From Klebsormidium nitens (lineage: Eukaryota; Plantae; Klebsormidiophyceae): a DNA stretch of 64,000 nucleotides. The translations under genes were made by a program, and so were the position numbers. The stretch is taken from assembly GCA_000708835.1 (NCBI GenBank), contig DF237265.1, positions 1 through 64,000 of the forward strand, given 5' to 3'. Under the pieces are notes generated by a model. The model saw only the letters and a program-made list of their open reading frames with translations. It was not told where the DNA came from and did no database searches. Positions 36,875 to 49,200 of this stretch are shown piece after piece (positions within the stretch are counted from its first letter, which is position 1; every line of letters starts with the position of its first letter).

Positions 36875-37925
36875 GCTTTCTTTTCGCTTGCGGTGCCAGC
36901 AGCTGCATAGACTCGGCAGATTGTAACTCGTATTTAATTTAGTTGTATTAATAAGCAGCAACCAGTTACATTGTACATAGTAACACAATGTCTAATTCCA
37001 AATATTACGTCAGCAAGCTGCTGACGTCACCTCCTTGACCGTGCCCGTCGACCCTGGGCGCCGCCTTCTAAGTTCTGCCACTAGAAATCCCGAAAGGAAA
37101 ATTTGGAAGTGAGGAAAGAAAGTTGGATCGGCTCGCTTTTATACTCCGAAAAACTTAGGCCGGTGTCGTGACTCGGTGTGCTTGAATGCCTCACGGAGCC
37201 TGGTACGAAGGTCCACTTCTAGTCTACAACCGTCCTTAGCCTTCTGGTTAAATCAGAAAGTTCTAAGTTATAAGCGGAAAAATTATCGAGTATTCTAGTC
37301 AATTCTAAAGTGACGTCTTTTATAATTTTCCGGACCCTATGGTTAGTGACGTCAGAGACCTCTTACACAATCCCTGTTCCGACTTGGTCCGTCTTGGTGT
37401 CAAGGAACCCTCTTGGTGGTTTTTATTTTCCCGTGAAGAGCCGGGACAGCATAGTTCTCCTCTTTCCTTCTTTTCCTTTTGAGTTCACGCTAACGGGAAC
37501 GTTAACTCGATACTGGGTTTGTCAAGTTGACACTTTAGTTAAGCATAAAATCTTATTGTAATAGAGAATGGAATCCAAGTGTCATGTCTACCGGGCTCTT
37601 CCAAGTAACAACGCCGCCGCAGGGGGCTGTCTCTTGCTGTCTCTCATTGAGTCTCGGAAGTTGAACTCGTGCAAGCAGTTCAAACTTTCATTTCCAAATC
37701 GTCATGCAGTCTTGAGCAGAGAGTGTAGCGCACCACCTTCTGTAGGTTCTACTTCTTGCAGGATCCAAAGCTTATATTCTGTTCTTCTCACGTTACGCCT
37801 CTTCTTGAGGTTCTTACCTAGCTCAATTGGTTATCAAAGAGCTTGGATTGTTGTTTTGCGATTGCCTCGATTGTTCTGTGGCTTGTGGCAAATTTCTTTC
37901 GATGGCGCTGCTTTTGAGCACACCA

Positions 37926-40900
37926 ATGGACAAAGGGCCCCATGGTCACGTTGAACGGCCATCGTGGAGCCCCTACGACAACAACGGAGGGTGAGAGCGA
38001 GTGACCCGCCTCTTGTGGATGCTCATTAAAACGCACTTTTATCTAAAGTGGCCAATGGTCCAGTTTGTGCAGAATTGGGTGTGATCACTTAGCATTCTGT
38101 GTGGGACACGCAATTCAACAAAACTCCTTGAAGTCCGAAGCGCTCGACGTGCTGAAACATCGTAGAGTTGTGGTGCTGCCAAAGTGTGGCAGTGTCTAGG
38201 TGTTGCGCAATTGAAGAAGCTTGTTGTGTTAAGTTCTGATAACATTGTATCAACGCCGCAGCGTCAACACAGAGGCGTACATCCTCTTAAATAACCTTGA
38301 TTTATGAGATTGGATCAGAAGATTCTGATTTAAAAACTCCCTTTCGTTTGAATGCTTGATTATATTGTAAGAGTTTCCTTCATTCAATCTGGAGCTAGCC
38401 GGTCACGCTGCTTGCTCCTGGCTTAGGTCAAAAACTCCTGTCTTTGCGCTTTTGTGTCAGCAAGTTCTCAGCAGAAAATCTCCTGGTCTTTGTGAACCTG
38501 AGGGATCATGGGTCACCAACAGCGGTTCTTATTATTCAGGACTGCTGTGGCTGTGGCTGGGGAGGACTACTGCGTGATCGCGGCGGACACACGCATGTCA
38601 ACAGGATTCAGCATACTGACCCGGGATCACACTAAGCTCTTCAAAGTGTAAGTAGAAGCGCCCTGCTTGTCTGGTTGTGGGTGATGAGTTTCAAAACTCC
38701 GGTTACACCAAGCTCTTCAAAGTGTAAGTGGAAGCGCCCTGCTTTTCTGGTTGTGGTTGATAAGTATGAAAGCTCCGGGAAATTTCAACTTGATTTCTAC
38801 ATATTCCATAGAGCCAGGGTACGCTTCGTGTGCTCTGCTGGCTGAGAGCAGGGGTTCGAAGATAGTCTCACACCCACGCTCTTAGCTGGTTCGACCTCCC
38901 ATGATTGGCTCCTTTGGTTTGCATCCAGAAATGGGGCAAAGATGGTTTGCTAGGTCCGACATATCATGTCTGGACATACAGAATGATCTTGGATCTTCTC
39001 GAAGACGCTCTCTGGTCGGTCGATTTCTTGACTTTGCATGATTGCTTGCAGGTCGGACAAGTGCGTTCTGGCGTCAGCAGGATTCCAGGCAGATGCCAAA
39101 ACACTCCAGAAGACTCTGGATGCACGCCACCAGGTGAGTCAGCAGGGGTTGGAAGAGCTGAGAAGAGTTGACCCTTCTGTGAAGTTATTGATCCAGTTGG
39201 AAGATGCTTATTACGGCAAGCACAGGAAGCATTCTCCTGTCACTAGTTGTTGAGAGGAACTAATGGGGCAAGCCCAATTTCACCACCTTTCTTTCAGAAG
39301 ATATTACATGGTTGTGGCCCCACTCACCAGGTACTCCTCACAATAGGTACTGCTCACAAGTACTTATCATATCAAATCTAGGCATTCTGTGAAAGCACAG
39401 AGGTCTTTCTGTTTGCTCGAAGCAAGCTTAGGATGATACTGGTTGCTGGCACGATTGCATAGCAACGTCTTGTCCCGCTCGCCGTGCAGCAATACCAGCA
39501 CAAGCACAACAAGGAGATCAGCTGCCCGGCCATGGCCCAGCTCCTGTCCAACACGCTTTACTACAAGCGCTTCTTCCCGTACTACACCTTCAACCTTCTA
39601 GGCGGACTTGACAACGAAGGTACGCGCCTTGAAGACGTCTTTTGAGTGACTGCAACAGATGACGAGAGTCCTGAAACACCTCTTGTCCCCCCTCTCTTTC
39701 GTGCTCTGGTCCTCCTTGATCTTCCTGGCAGCAAAGTCTTTCTTCATGCTTCAAGGATTGACTTCTGCGGGTCTATTTCATTCTTGCAAACACTTTTTGA
39801 TGGGTTTGACAGCTTGTTTTCAACATGACAAGATTTGAAGGACCCCGTGACCTACCAAAGGCGCAAGGACGCGGTTTGCATTCTGCTGGACGAAAGCAGA
39901 CGAGAACTCTGCCTGAGAAGCTTCTATCGACTTCGTCTGTACTCCACTATCTATTTGTTTCTGTGCATTCACAAACGTCGTCTCAGCAGGTCGCTAGGAG
40001 ACAATGTCGCCCAGCTTTCCTTCTGCCCGCTTTTTGATACTTTCGATCCAAACAGCCGACCTGGCAACTCTTGCCCATCTTCCAGTCTTTGAAGATCATC
40101 CCGCATTCCAGATGTCGGAACCGTGTATGGCCGTCAACTGTGCTGCTAATTGTAGTTAAGCTGGAGAGCAAGTCGTTGTGCTGCCAATCAACATTCTCGC
40201 CACGTTCTCACTGCAGGGAAGGGCTGTGTATATACGTACGACGCGATCGGTTCGTACGAGCGGACGGGGTACAGCTGCCAGGGGAGCGGCCAGCAGCTGG
40301 TGATGCCGGTGCTCGACAACCAGCTCAAGTCAGCGAGCCCCCTGGTCCTGCCCGCGGTGGTAGGTGCTGCCGGATAAAGCACCCCAGCGGATACTTAGAT
40401 ATTCAGAAGCTTGCAGTATGATTTTCGGTGCCATTGGTGCCAGCTTTAGATCACGGTGACTCTCCGACCTTCCTATCACAGAGATTTCCCGACCCGCCTA
40501 TGGAGAAATGGACGCAAAGCGGGAGCGAACTAGTCTTTTCCTCCGACTCCAAGACTACGACTGCAATGTCGCACCTTGTGTCAGGAATCGGACTTACTGG
40601 ATGGAAATCCGCGGACTATAATCGACTGTTGAGATATGGAGACAAGAGTCGTGGCGACTTCGTAGCGCTTTCGTGTGTCGTTAGTGACATCGCCGAAGCT
40701 GGCGGAAAGACATGCGATGTTCGTCAGATACAGCAAAGCGTGAAAGGAGTGTTGCGGAAGGGCGTATGCACGTGGGTTATACAACTCGGTTGAGTTGAAA
40801 GCGGGGAAAGATCGAACCATATCTTAAAGAGGCTGGAGTTCGCCCGTCTCTTTGCTGCAAGGGCATAATAAAGCAAAAGGAAGGCTTGTAGGAACGTAAT

Positions 40901-41595
40901 AGCAAGAACAGGAAGCTGGTGGTCATCTAAAGATCTAAAAGGAAGGGGCCTATCAGGAGAGAATGTTGATACGTGTTGGAGCTTAAAAAAGGGAAAATGT
41001 TGGGCCGTTGCTTTCACGGGACAGGAAGATGCTTGACTCAGGCTTTGTATCTTCTGTCTACATTCGAGGAAAGGGCAGGCAACTTTGATGGTACTTCCGC
41101 GTGTGCTTGTCATCGACAAACCACTGTTGCGGGTAGTCACTGTGACGATCTTAATTAGGCGAGACCTCTTTCTGTTTGCAGAGCTCGGCGACTCCGCTAT
41201 CTGAAGCGGAAGCAATGGATCTGATCAAAGATACATTTGCGTCAGCTGGGGAGAGAGACATTTACACGGTAAGCTTCGGCCTGTGTGTGCTTCGTAAGCT
41301 TCGACCCGTATCTGCTTCGGATGCCACTTAACAAGTTGCGTGGCTGACGAGGATAGGGAAATTTTTGTTTTCAGGGTTGCTCGCCCAGCTGCATTCAGGA
41401 AGTCCAGTCTTTCTCACGGCAGGTTGCGTTCGACCCGAGTGGCAGCATGGTTATTGTACTCTGGATCATTGCTGGTGCACTATCTTGTTTGTTTCTTACA
41501 GTTAACATCCTGTAATGCAGGGTGATGCCGTTGAGATCATAATCATCAACCGGAAAGGTATTCGGAAGGAGGTGCTTCCGCTAAAGAAGGATTAG
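37926..41595 (+). CDS. PBF1: 20S proteasome subunit beta type-1 (beta6)
   Basis: Exons: 37926-37990 (WSPYDNNGG), 38540-38647 (DYCVIAADTRMSTGFSIL), 39052-39133, 39490-39619 (LYYKRFFPYY), 40217-40359, 41182-41268 (GERDIYT), 41521-41595 (GDAVEI...LKKD*). Confidence 0.96.
38629..38778 (+). repeat. 76-bp tandem duplication spanning the PBF1 exon 2 donor
   Basis: ACAC(T/C)AAGCTCTTCAAAGT|GTAAGT(A/G)GAAGCGCCCTGCTT... occurs at 38629 and 38705. Confidence 0.9.
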
Positions 41596-43413
41596 TTTGC
41601 ACGGCCTTGCTCAAAATAGGTACACTGAGAGCTGTGGATATCGTAGAGGTCGCACCTATATGGGGGGATATCGTTGATACATCATTCCATTGTTTGTCGT
41701 CCCAAAGCGTGCCAGCAACGAGTTCATCACAATGCAGGAGTTCGGATCACGTCAAATGTGTATGGGGCTTCGTTGCATCATGTACCTTGTGGCAAGCTGC
41801 TTTTTAGCCACTTGGTGTCTTACACACTGAGTAGGTGTTGATTTCCGCAACTCGCCAAGATCTCAAGGTGTTGTTCTGCACAAATGCCCCGTTTGTCTTC
41901 GGGGGTAACCTTCCGCAGCAAAAGTAGTCCGTGCGACGGTCCCAAAACGTTCACTACCGTCACCCAGCTTTTTTTGTAGTAGCACTTTGGAACACCGCGG
42001 TGTTTTTGCTAACGTGTGACCGTACGAGCCGGCGAGTTGGCAAGTTTACCCGCGGTGTTTTCTTGGCGACGGCAGCGCCGCAGCCGCGACCCCCGCCTTT
42101 CATTCGCTCGAATCCAACAACACCCGCTCTTTGTTGAAAGGCCCTTGGTGCGGACTGTTTCTGGCATTTTCATGAGTCACTTAAAACGATCAAGCTGGTG
42201 GTCTGCATGTTTAGGCCCTTCCAAAGTCCGGAGCCTCGGAGATATGTTACTAATTGTGCTACTGGACATGATCATGCTCAGTCACGTAACTTGCAATGTA
42301 AAGTTTAAACAAATATAGTCGATTTGAGAAACGTATGTATCAACGCCCCAATGGCCGCCTATCCACAGACTCGGTCAAACTTCTCAATGAGAAACTTCAG
42401 TCAACTACTTACCATTTTGACAGTGTCGGTTTCACTTAATTCATAAGGTTTCGAACTCAGTGCGCTCGAGCTACGACGGTTGCATGAATCACATGAGGTA
42501 ACGTACATGGTTCATGCATGACAGGACCATGTAGCTGGCCCGTTCGATCAGTGCATGCCAGCACTTTATATATAATTTGATTTATGCCAACTTCAATGTA
42601 GGACGTGTGTTTGATAATTTGGCAAATCGTCGTCGTCGGTCGAGCTTGGCTTTTTGCACGTTCATGGACATTGAAGTAACTTACGTTAAATACTACTGAA
42701 GTAATTGCGCCGTTGGGCGCGATGGTGAGTCAGGCGTGCATGCGCATTTTTTTCATTCAGGTGCGCAAATCAACCATCTTCATGCAGATCTAGGGGTCTA
42801 TCTCTACATCAGGCTCGATCCTCTTACCTTCAGGCTTGCAAGCTTCTCTGCAGATCCGCATGCCTTGGAGGCCGCGCTGAGCTGGCAATGACCCCGATTC
42901 CTCGCCGAGCCCGGGCGCCGAGCCGATTGATCAGCCGACCACTGTCCAGTGTCCAGTAGTACTCGATGGACAGACCGGGATAATAGTTGGGGGATCAGCT
43001 AGTCCTCAGTACGTTCAACTAAGGAGTCAACCTAGAGGAGTCGGGACTCGAGAGTCGGGAGTCGGGAGTGCGGTGGTTGGGAGTCGGCGGACGGGCCCGG
43101 GGCAGTGCATGAGTAAATGCGTCCGATCGATGTGTCGGCTTGACCAGTCTGCCGGTCTGCCGCATAACCTATCCCCTCGCAACAGACTCCGAAACCGAGT
43201 CGGACTCCGAGTCCTTGCATGGAGCTAGCCTAGCCTGGGGATGCCGCAGCGGTAGGCCGTCATTGATCATGCATAGCGTATCCCTCGGAGAGACTCCCTC
43301 CACCTTCAGGCTTCAGAAGGTCAGGTAGGAGGTAGGAAGATGTCGGTCCGGGTTAGCCCAGTCCAGACTGCGGCTCAACTGACCCGCATCTTTGCTGACC
43401 ACACTGACACCTG

Positions 43414-44079
43414 ATGAGCGCACCCAGCAAGCATTCGTTCTTCTGGTTCCTCTGCAGCATTGCAGGCGCACTCCTTTTAGCTGCCCTGTATATGCCCAGG
43501 ATTCCAATGGCGGCCGCGGATCCCTTCCGCTCGCTCTACAACGCCACCAAACGGCACCGCTCACAGCACGGCTGCCTCGCGTACACATTCGAAGACGGCC
43601 CCAATCTAGTTGCGCTTGTCCAGAAGTTGCGCCCGAACCGCGTGCTGGAACTAGGCACGGCGCTTGGGTACACCGCGTGCATCTTTTCTACAGGAAGGCC
43701 GACCACAAAAGTTGACACCGTCGAGCGCGACCCAGAGCACGTGCGGCTGGCGCGCGAGAATGTGGCGTCCGTCGGGTTAACGGAGCGCGTCAAAGTGATC
43801 GAGGGCGATTTCAACCAGGTTTTACCCAAGCTACCGGCGGCAGGGTATGACGTTGCCTTCTTTGACGGGTATGCGCCGAGTATGGACATCATCGACACGC
43901 TGAGGACAAAGTTGAGTGGGGAGGGAACGCTGATCTGCGGGAATCTGGGGCTGGTTAGCGATTCAGCGGAGTCGCGGCGGCTGTCAAAAGAGCTGGCGGA
44001 TAAGAGCAGGTGGCTTACAGAGTGGGCGCTGGAAGGGGGGGCGACAGCGGTTGCAAAGAAAGTCAACGGGCAGCAGTAG
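43414..44079 (+). CDS. Intronless class I SAM-dependent O-methyltransferase with N-terminal hydrophobic segment
   Basis: 221-aa ORF. Motif I VLELGTALGYTA, motif II VDTVERD, VIEGDF, YDVAFFDG. N-terminal FFWFLCSIAGALLLAALY. Confidence 0.9.
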   Translation: MSAPSKHSFFWFLCSIAGALLLAALYMPRIPMAAADPFRSLYNATKRHRSQHGCLAYTFEDGPNLVALVQKLRPNRVLELGTALGYTACIFSTGRPTTKVDTVERDPEHVRLARENVASVGLTERVKVIEGDFNQVLPKLPAAGYDVAFFDGYAPSMDIIDTLRTKLSGEGTLICGNLGLVSDSAESRRLSKELADKSRWLTEWALEGGATAVAKKVNGQQ

Positions 44080-46256
44080 GGCGGCGCACGCCTTTTCCTA
44101 ATTAATTCCGAAGCGGCATACCCCAGTTTTCAGTCAAACTGATTGAGTACTGGGGATATGTGATGCCTGATGCACATATTTTCCTGAAGCCTATCTGATG
44201 ATGTGGACCCTTCCAGCGCCTGTGTAGCGTGCAGTAGCTGCGACAGAACTGCTAACCCTTTCTTTGATTGTTCCAGAAAGCACGCTGTATTTGTAGAGAA
44301 CTGGTTAGATAAATCAAACTTGTGTCACACAACATTCTTCAAATTAAGTGCTTGGATCAAGGGTTGCAAAAGGGGAGATGGGGAGGGGAGGGATCCGGGA
44401 AGGGGCGGGGAGTTGAGCATGAGGAGAGTGGAGGGCACCTGTGGCGAGGGGTAAGGATGGCCCAATTGTTATGCATGTCTTCCATCTGTGGATCTCAAAG
44501 TGATGGCTTCATGCACATTCTCTCTGTTGATTGAGCATTCTGAGTCCAGCACCGCCATTGATTATTGAAACCCGGATCAACTTGAGCTTAACTTGCTAAG
44601 GAATCCTTTCAAGTGTACACCCTGATTCTGATGTCGGATCAAATGATAACGGAGCATGACCTGGGATGTCGGTGGTTTGACAGAAGCTTTGGCTCAAGCG
44701 AGTGCATGCCACCTGATGCTCAGGGTGGATGACAATCTGTGGCGCCACCCCCACAATCTGCTACACCTTTACTCAATTAGACGGTCTTTTGGTCAAGTGC
44801 CAATGAAGTCGAGTCAGGGCCTGGCATAGTAGCGCAGGGAACGATGGAGACCCAGCCGTGCCCGCTGGCCCCTGATTCAGTCTGGTAGCACATTACAGTG
44901 GTTTTATGTTCGATTTCTTTTGACGGTGTATATGCTTGAAGCATTCTCTCAGTAATATTGTGAACACGGCGCGCTAGCTCTTGCTTACATGAGTTTGTCA
45001 TGCTAGAGCTCCGCTGATCCTTGCCATGCCGCCACCGGGTGGGCCATGCATCCGCTAATGTGGTGGAAGTGCCTGGAATGGCATCATTAATTGCAGCTGA
45101 TACAGATCAATAATCGCGCACTCTATTGGAATATACGATGATACTTTGGTCGGATGCATGCGAGCTCGATCACTCTATATTAGATATTCACAGCTCCTGG
45201 GTGGAGCCTGCTGCATGCAATGATGGCCGACTCCTCACGATCAGCTTATAGTATTACTACATAGCTTCTTGCAGTCTCCTACCGGCTAGTAGATATACTA
45301 TAGTAATCTGGTATATATATATTTAGAGCACGGCTATATATATATCTGCAGTGGCGGCCGCCATGGCATGGTCACATGTCCGACTTCCGAATATGATCAT
45401 TATCAGTATATCGCAGAATGCGCTGCATGACTGAGCATGACTGACACTGAGCTATAGCTCTTCGAGCTCGCCGCACCAGCCCCGGATCTCCAGCTTATTT
45501 ACTTGAATAAGCTCGATCCGGTGTTCCGACTGATTGCAATCGTTGCAACTTATGCATCAAACTGAGCTTAATTCAGTGTGCCACTGAATGGAGCTCACAT
45601 CATTAGCACATGTGCTGACAATCTTGCATTTGCAAGTAGCCAATCCCGCATGGTCTCAAGCTGTCAAAACCTACCTGCTTAAGCTCACTGCATTTCCGTC
45701 CTGAATTTTCAACAGTATTGTCGAAATTTGCACCCGGTGTTCCCATCAGTCAATATGCACATGTATGGCCGGGCGCGGCCAGCTAGGGCTGCCCGACCTA
45801 TTTGGAAAAGACAGAACAGAATGATATCGGTGTAAGATGCAGTACAGTGATTAGTGTACGAGATAATGTACATGATTCGAACAAAGCTGACATGCAATAG
45901 CAATTAACCTGAAGTCCGCTTCTGAACGCCAGATTATGCTGAGTCTCCCGTAGTGCTTGCATGTCACATCTATGCTACATTCGGAGAGGCTAAGTCGGTG
46001 GTCGCACTGGGGGCAGTTCTGTAGGAACCACAGACGAACCCGTTAAGGCGCATCTGATGAAGCCTCCAACCATTGTCTACGTCTGCACGGGTCTTGAGAA
46101 TCAAGCAGAAGCTTCTTTCGAGGTGCAAGCTACCATGCGAGCACACTCTGCAAGCAACGTATGTATAAGATGTCCATCAAGACGAGATTGAACAACAGAA
46201 TTGAGTGCACCAATGTTGAACGGAGAGGGAGGGAGTGCCACAGCCGCTAGCCTGGG

Positions 46257-49200
46257 TCAGCGTCTTTGCTCACCATCTTTTTGTCGAGGGTTGAAGCCTG
46301 GCATCCCTTCCCGGCTAGCTAACCTCCGCGGCGGTCGACTCGTCACCTCCGGAGGAGAAGACACCTCCCCCACCTCCGCTTGAGGCCCTGCAGAAGAGAG
46401 TATCGGGTGATGAGGACAATGATGCGACAGTGGGCGAAGTTTGCTGACAAAATGATTACATTCAAGACCACTCGAAACTCTTCCGTCCTTCAGAGGATCA
46501 AATATTTCGGAGAACGCTTTAGGAAGTCAGGCAATATAACAGCGAAGCATTCGGAACCCCGTCATTTTGTTACCGGGCAGATCAGTGCGGCTTTTCTTAA
46601 CATGAAAAGCTTCTGACGTCGGATGGACCAGGCCCATTCAGATGAGTTCGGTCCGACTGGAAGAAAAAGATCCCAGAACGATCGCCTCTTGCAGAAATGA
46701 ACAACGTAGAACCGGGGTCTTTCAGCTTATTAGGCATCATACCCTAGTATGAATTAGGACTGCCGAGCTGTTTGCCCACGAGCACGCAACCACACAATCA
46801 CACCGAGCGGCTACTCGGTACTACCAAAGAGACTGAATACTAAGGCCGTCAGCCTGGATGCACGTGGAAACGAGGACCCCCTAGCTTGTCCCTCACCTTG
46901 GCCGTTGGCCTGGCTCTCCACCCGCGTGAGGTCCTCCTCGCTGGCCGTCGTGAAGAAGGGCCGAATGTACTTCTTGTCCACCGTCTCCAAAAAGCTGCGC
47001 CCACGAGAGAAGCAGCGACAGGGAAAGGAGTGAGATCGGCTGTGTGAACTACCGTCGAAAAGCGATGGGAAAAGCCAAAGCGGGTCGTCGCAGCAGGTCT
47101 ATGACTCAAGCGTCTGGATTCCATAGTGTTTGACGTGCGGAACATCAAACGACAAGGTAAAAGAGGACAAGGATTTTGGAAAGGTGCACGTGTCGAACTT
47201 CTGAAGATAAGTGGTTGAAACCGTGGGTGTTAGAGAACACAAGTTTGACTAACAGAACGAAGTGGAGCTTCGAAGTGAAGATCGACAGATCATCGTCTTG
47301 TCCACAAAAAAAGGAATTGTAGCATGGTCTGCTTTTGAAGCACCGAAGGCGCTATGATTGTGGCGAAAGCTCAGAAAGAGCGCGACTCACGTGCCGTTTG
47401 CCTCCGGCATGTACTGCTTGGCCGCTCGCTGGAAGTTTTTGAGGCGCATCTGAAGGGAGCCCCGGCTTGTGGGGCTCGAGGGGGGCGTGTAGTCCGACTC
47501 GCCGTTCCCCTGCAACAGGAAACGCGCGTCAAGTTAGCGGTACTGTGATATCGTCCAGGAGAAGGGCAAAAGGCGTAGTCCGGCCCGACACGAGTAGGCC
47601 AGCCGAGTGGCAGCTAATTGACCAACTAGAGAGGAAAAGCCAACAAAAACTTCAACGATTGGGTCTCAAAAGTACTGCACTGCAACCAACAGCACACATC
47701 TCAAGAAGAACCAAAAGCGGGGGATAAACTCAACGTGGTATTTCAGCCTGCACAATCTATTGCTTAGAAGTCTGGCAGCAAGCTAGACCAGCGGCGACCA
47801 CGAATCAAGATACCGGGCGGGCTTCTAAGCTGGGAGCGACAAAATTTAGAACAAACGATGAAAAACGGCAAACACCGCTCACCGATCGCATCAGCCCCGC
47901 CTCCTCCCCCGCTCCATCTAGAGCCTGCAAAGGATATTTCCACCACTAAGCACTCAAAAAACAGTTGTTGCCCGCCCAATCACACTAGCCGGTCTCGAGG
48001 TACACTGTGCTAGACGGGACTGGCGCCCACTGTAACCTTATTTCGGTTGAATTGATGAACAGCGAACTGAGGGGGGATACGCAATTTTATGCGTGCGCGA
48101 CGGCTCACCTCCCCTGCCAGTGGCTGGAAGTCGTCCCCCAGCAAGTCGAGCCGCCTGAGGACCTCCGCTGTGGAACCCCCGACCCCCAAGACCTGCGGAA
48201 AAGAAAGACACGGAGTGACCTTAGAGGCACGACGAGTCTTGTCACAGCCCGACCCACCCGTTGGCAGCCCATTTGCAAGCAGAGTGCTGCGAAGAATTGA
48301 GCACACGGGTCGACCCAATTAAATGTGGTCAACAATTCTGCGTGTACCAGGGCCCTTTTTTTCGAGATCCATGACTCAAAGAGGCAGGAAAAGCACTTTA
48401 GCCGATTGTGTTGAGCGCGATTCCGTGGGTCAAAGAGAGGCACGTAAGGGTCAAGGATGCACTATCCTTGCCTTCTATGATCTGACACATTCTAGACAAA
48501 GTCCTGCCTTCATAAGCTCGAAAGTGCTTCATAAGCCCATAATCGCTCCTCTTCTGAGGTGGTGCGGGCTCTTACCGTGAGCACCACGATGGCCGTGGTC
48601 GTTGTGAACATGACCTTCCCGTGGCCCGTTGGTAGGTCCTCAATCGACTGCAGCGCAAGTGCGAACGCCATGGCGCCCCGGAGACCTGCACGGAATTGAC
48701 ACGAAAGCAGCTGACCAGTGGGCCTCGGCCGGGGAATAGATCTGGGTACACTTGGCCATATTGCTTTTCTTGTTTAGTTTCGTGCGCTGAATCGGCCCAG
48801 GAACGATGCATAGCGGACGTCTCAACGAGAGAAGAAAAAATTGCACAAAGGAACCATGAGCGTATGATTTAAATGGGGAGCGCAAACCAATGAACGACTC
48901 AGCGATGGCCGTTCTGAAGAGAGGATTCGACCCCTAACGAGCCGGAGCCTGTGTAAAGAAACATCGATCATATGCTGTTCGTGCCCTGATGGCTTACCGC
49001 TGAACCAGAGCGCTTTTTGATGGGCCATAGGGATGTTCTTGCTGCGGGGCCGGATAGTGTTGATGATGTATGACAGCGGGAACACGTTGGCGGCCCTGCG
49101 CAGGACCGGAACGCTTGCTTGAGCGGAAGGGCATCTTGTTTATAACGATGCACATCGAGAAGCGTGGAAGCTTGCAAGCTGTGTGCTGCACTGCTGTCGT

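Noticed and set aside
40428-40793. 121-aa plus-strand ORF inside PBF1 intron 5
   Set aside because: No recognisable motif, and its length is compatible with chance at this GC content.
44480-45001. Minus-strand protein-like stretches as a pseudogene
   Set aside because: Multiple stops and no identifiable family, so it cannot be supported without a search.
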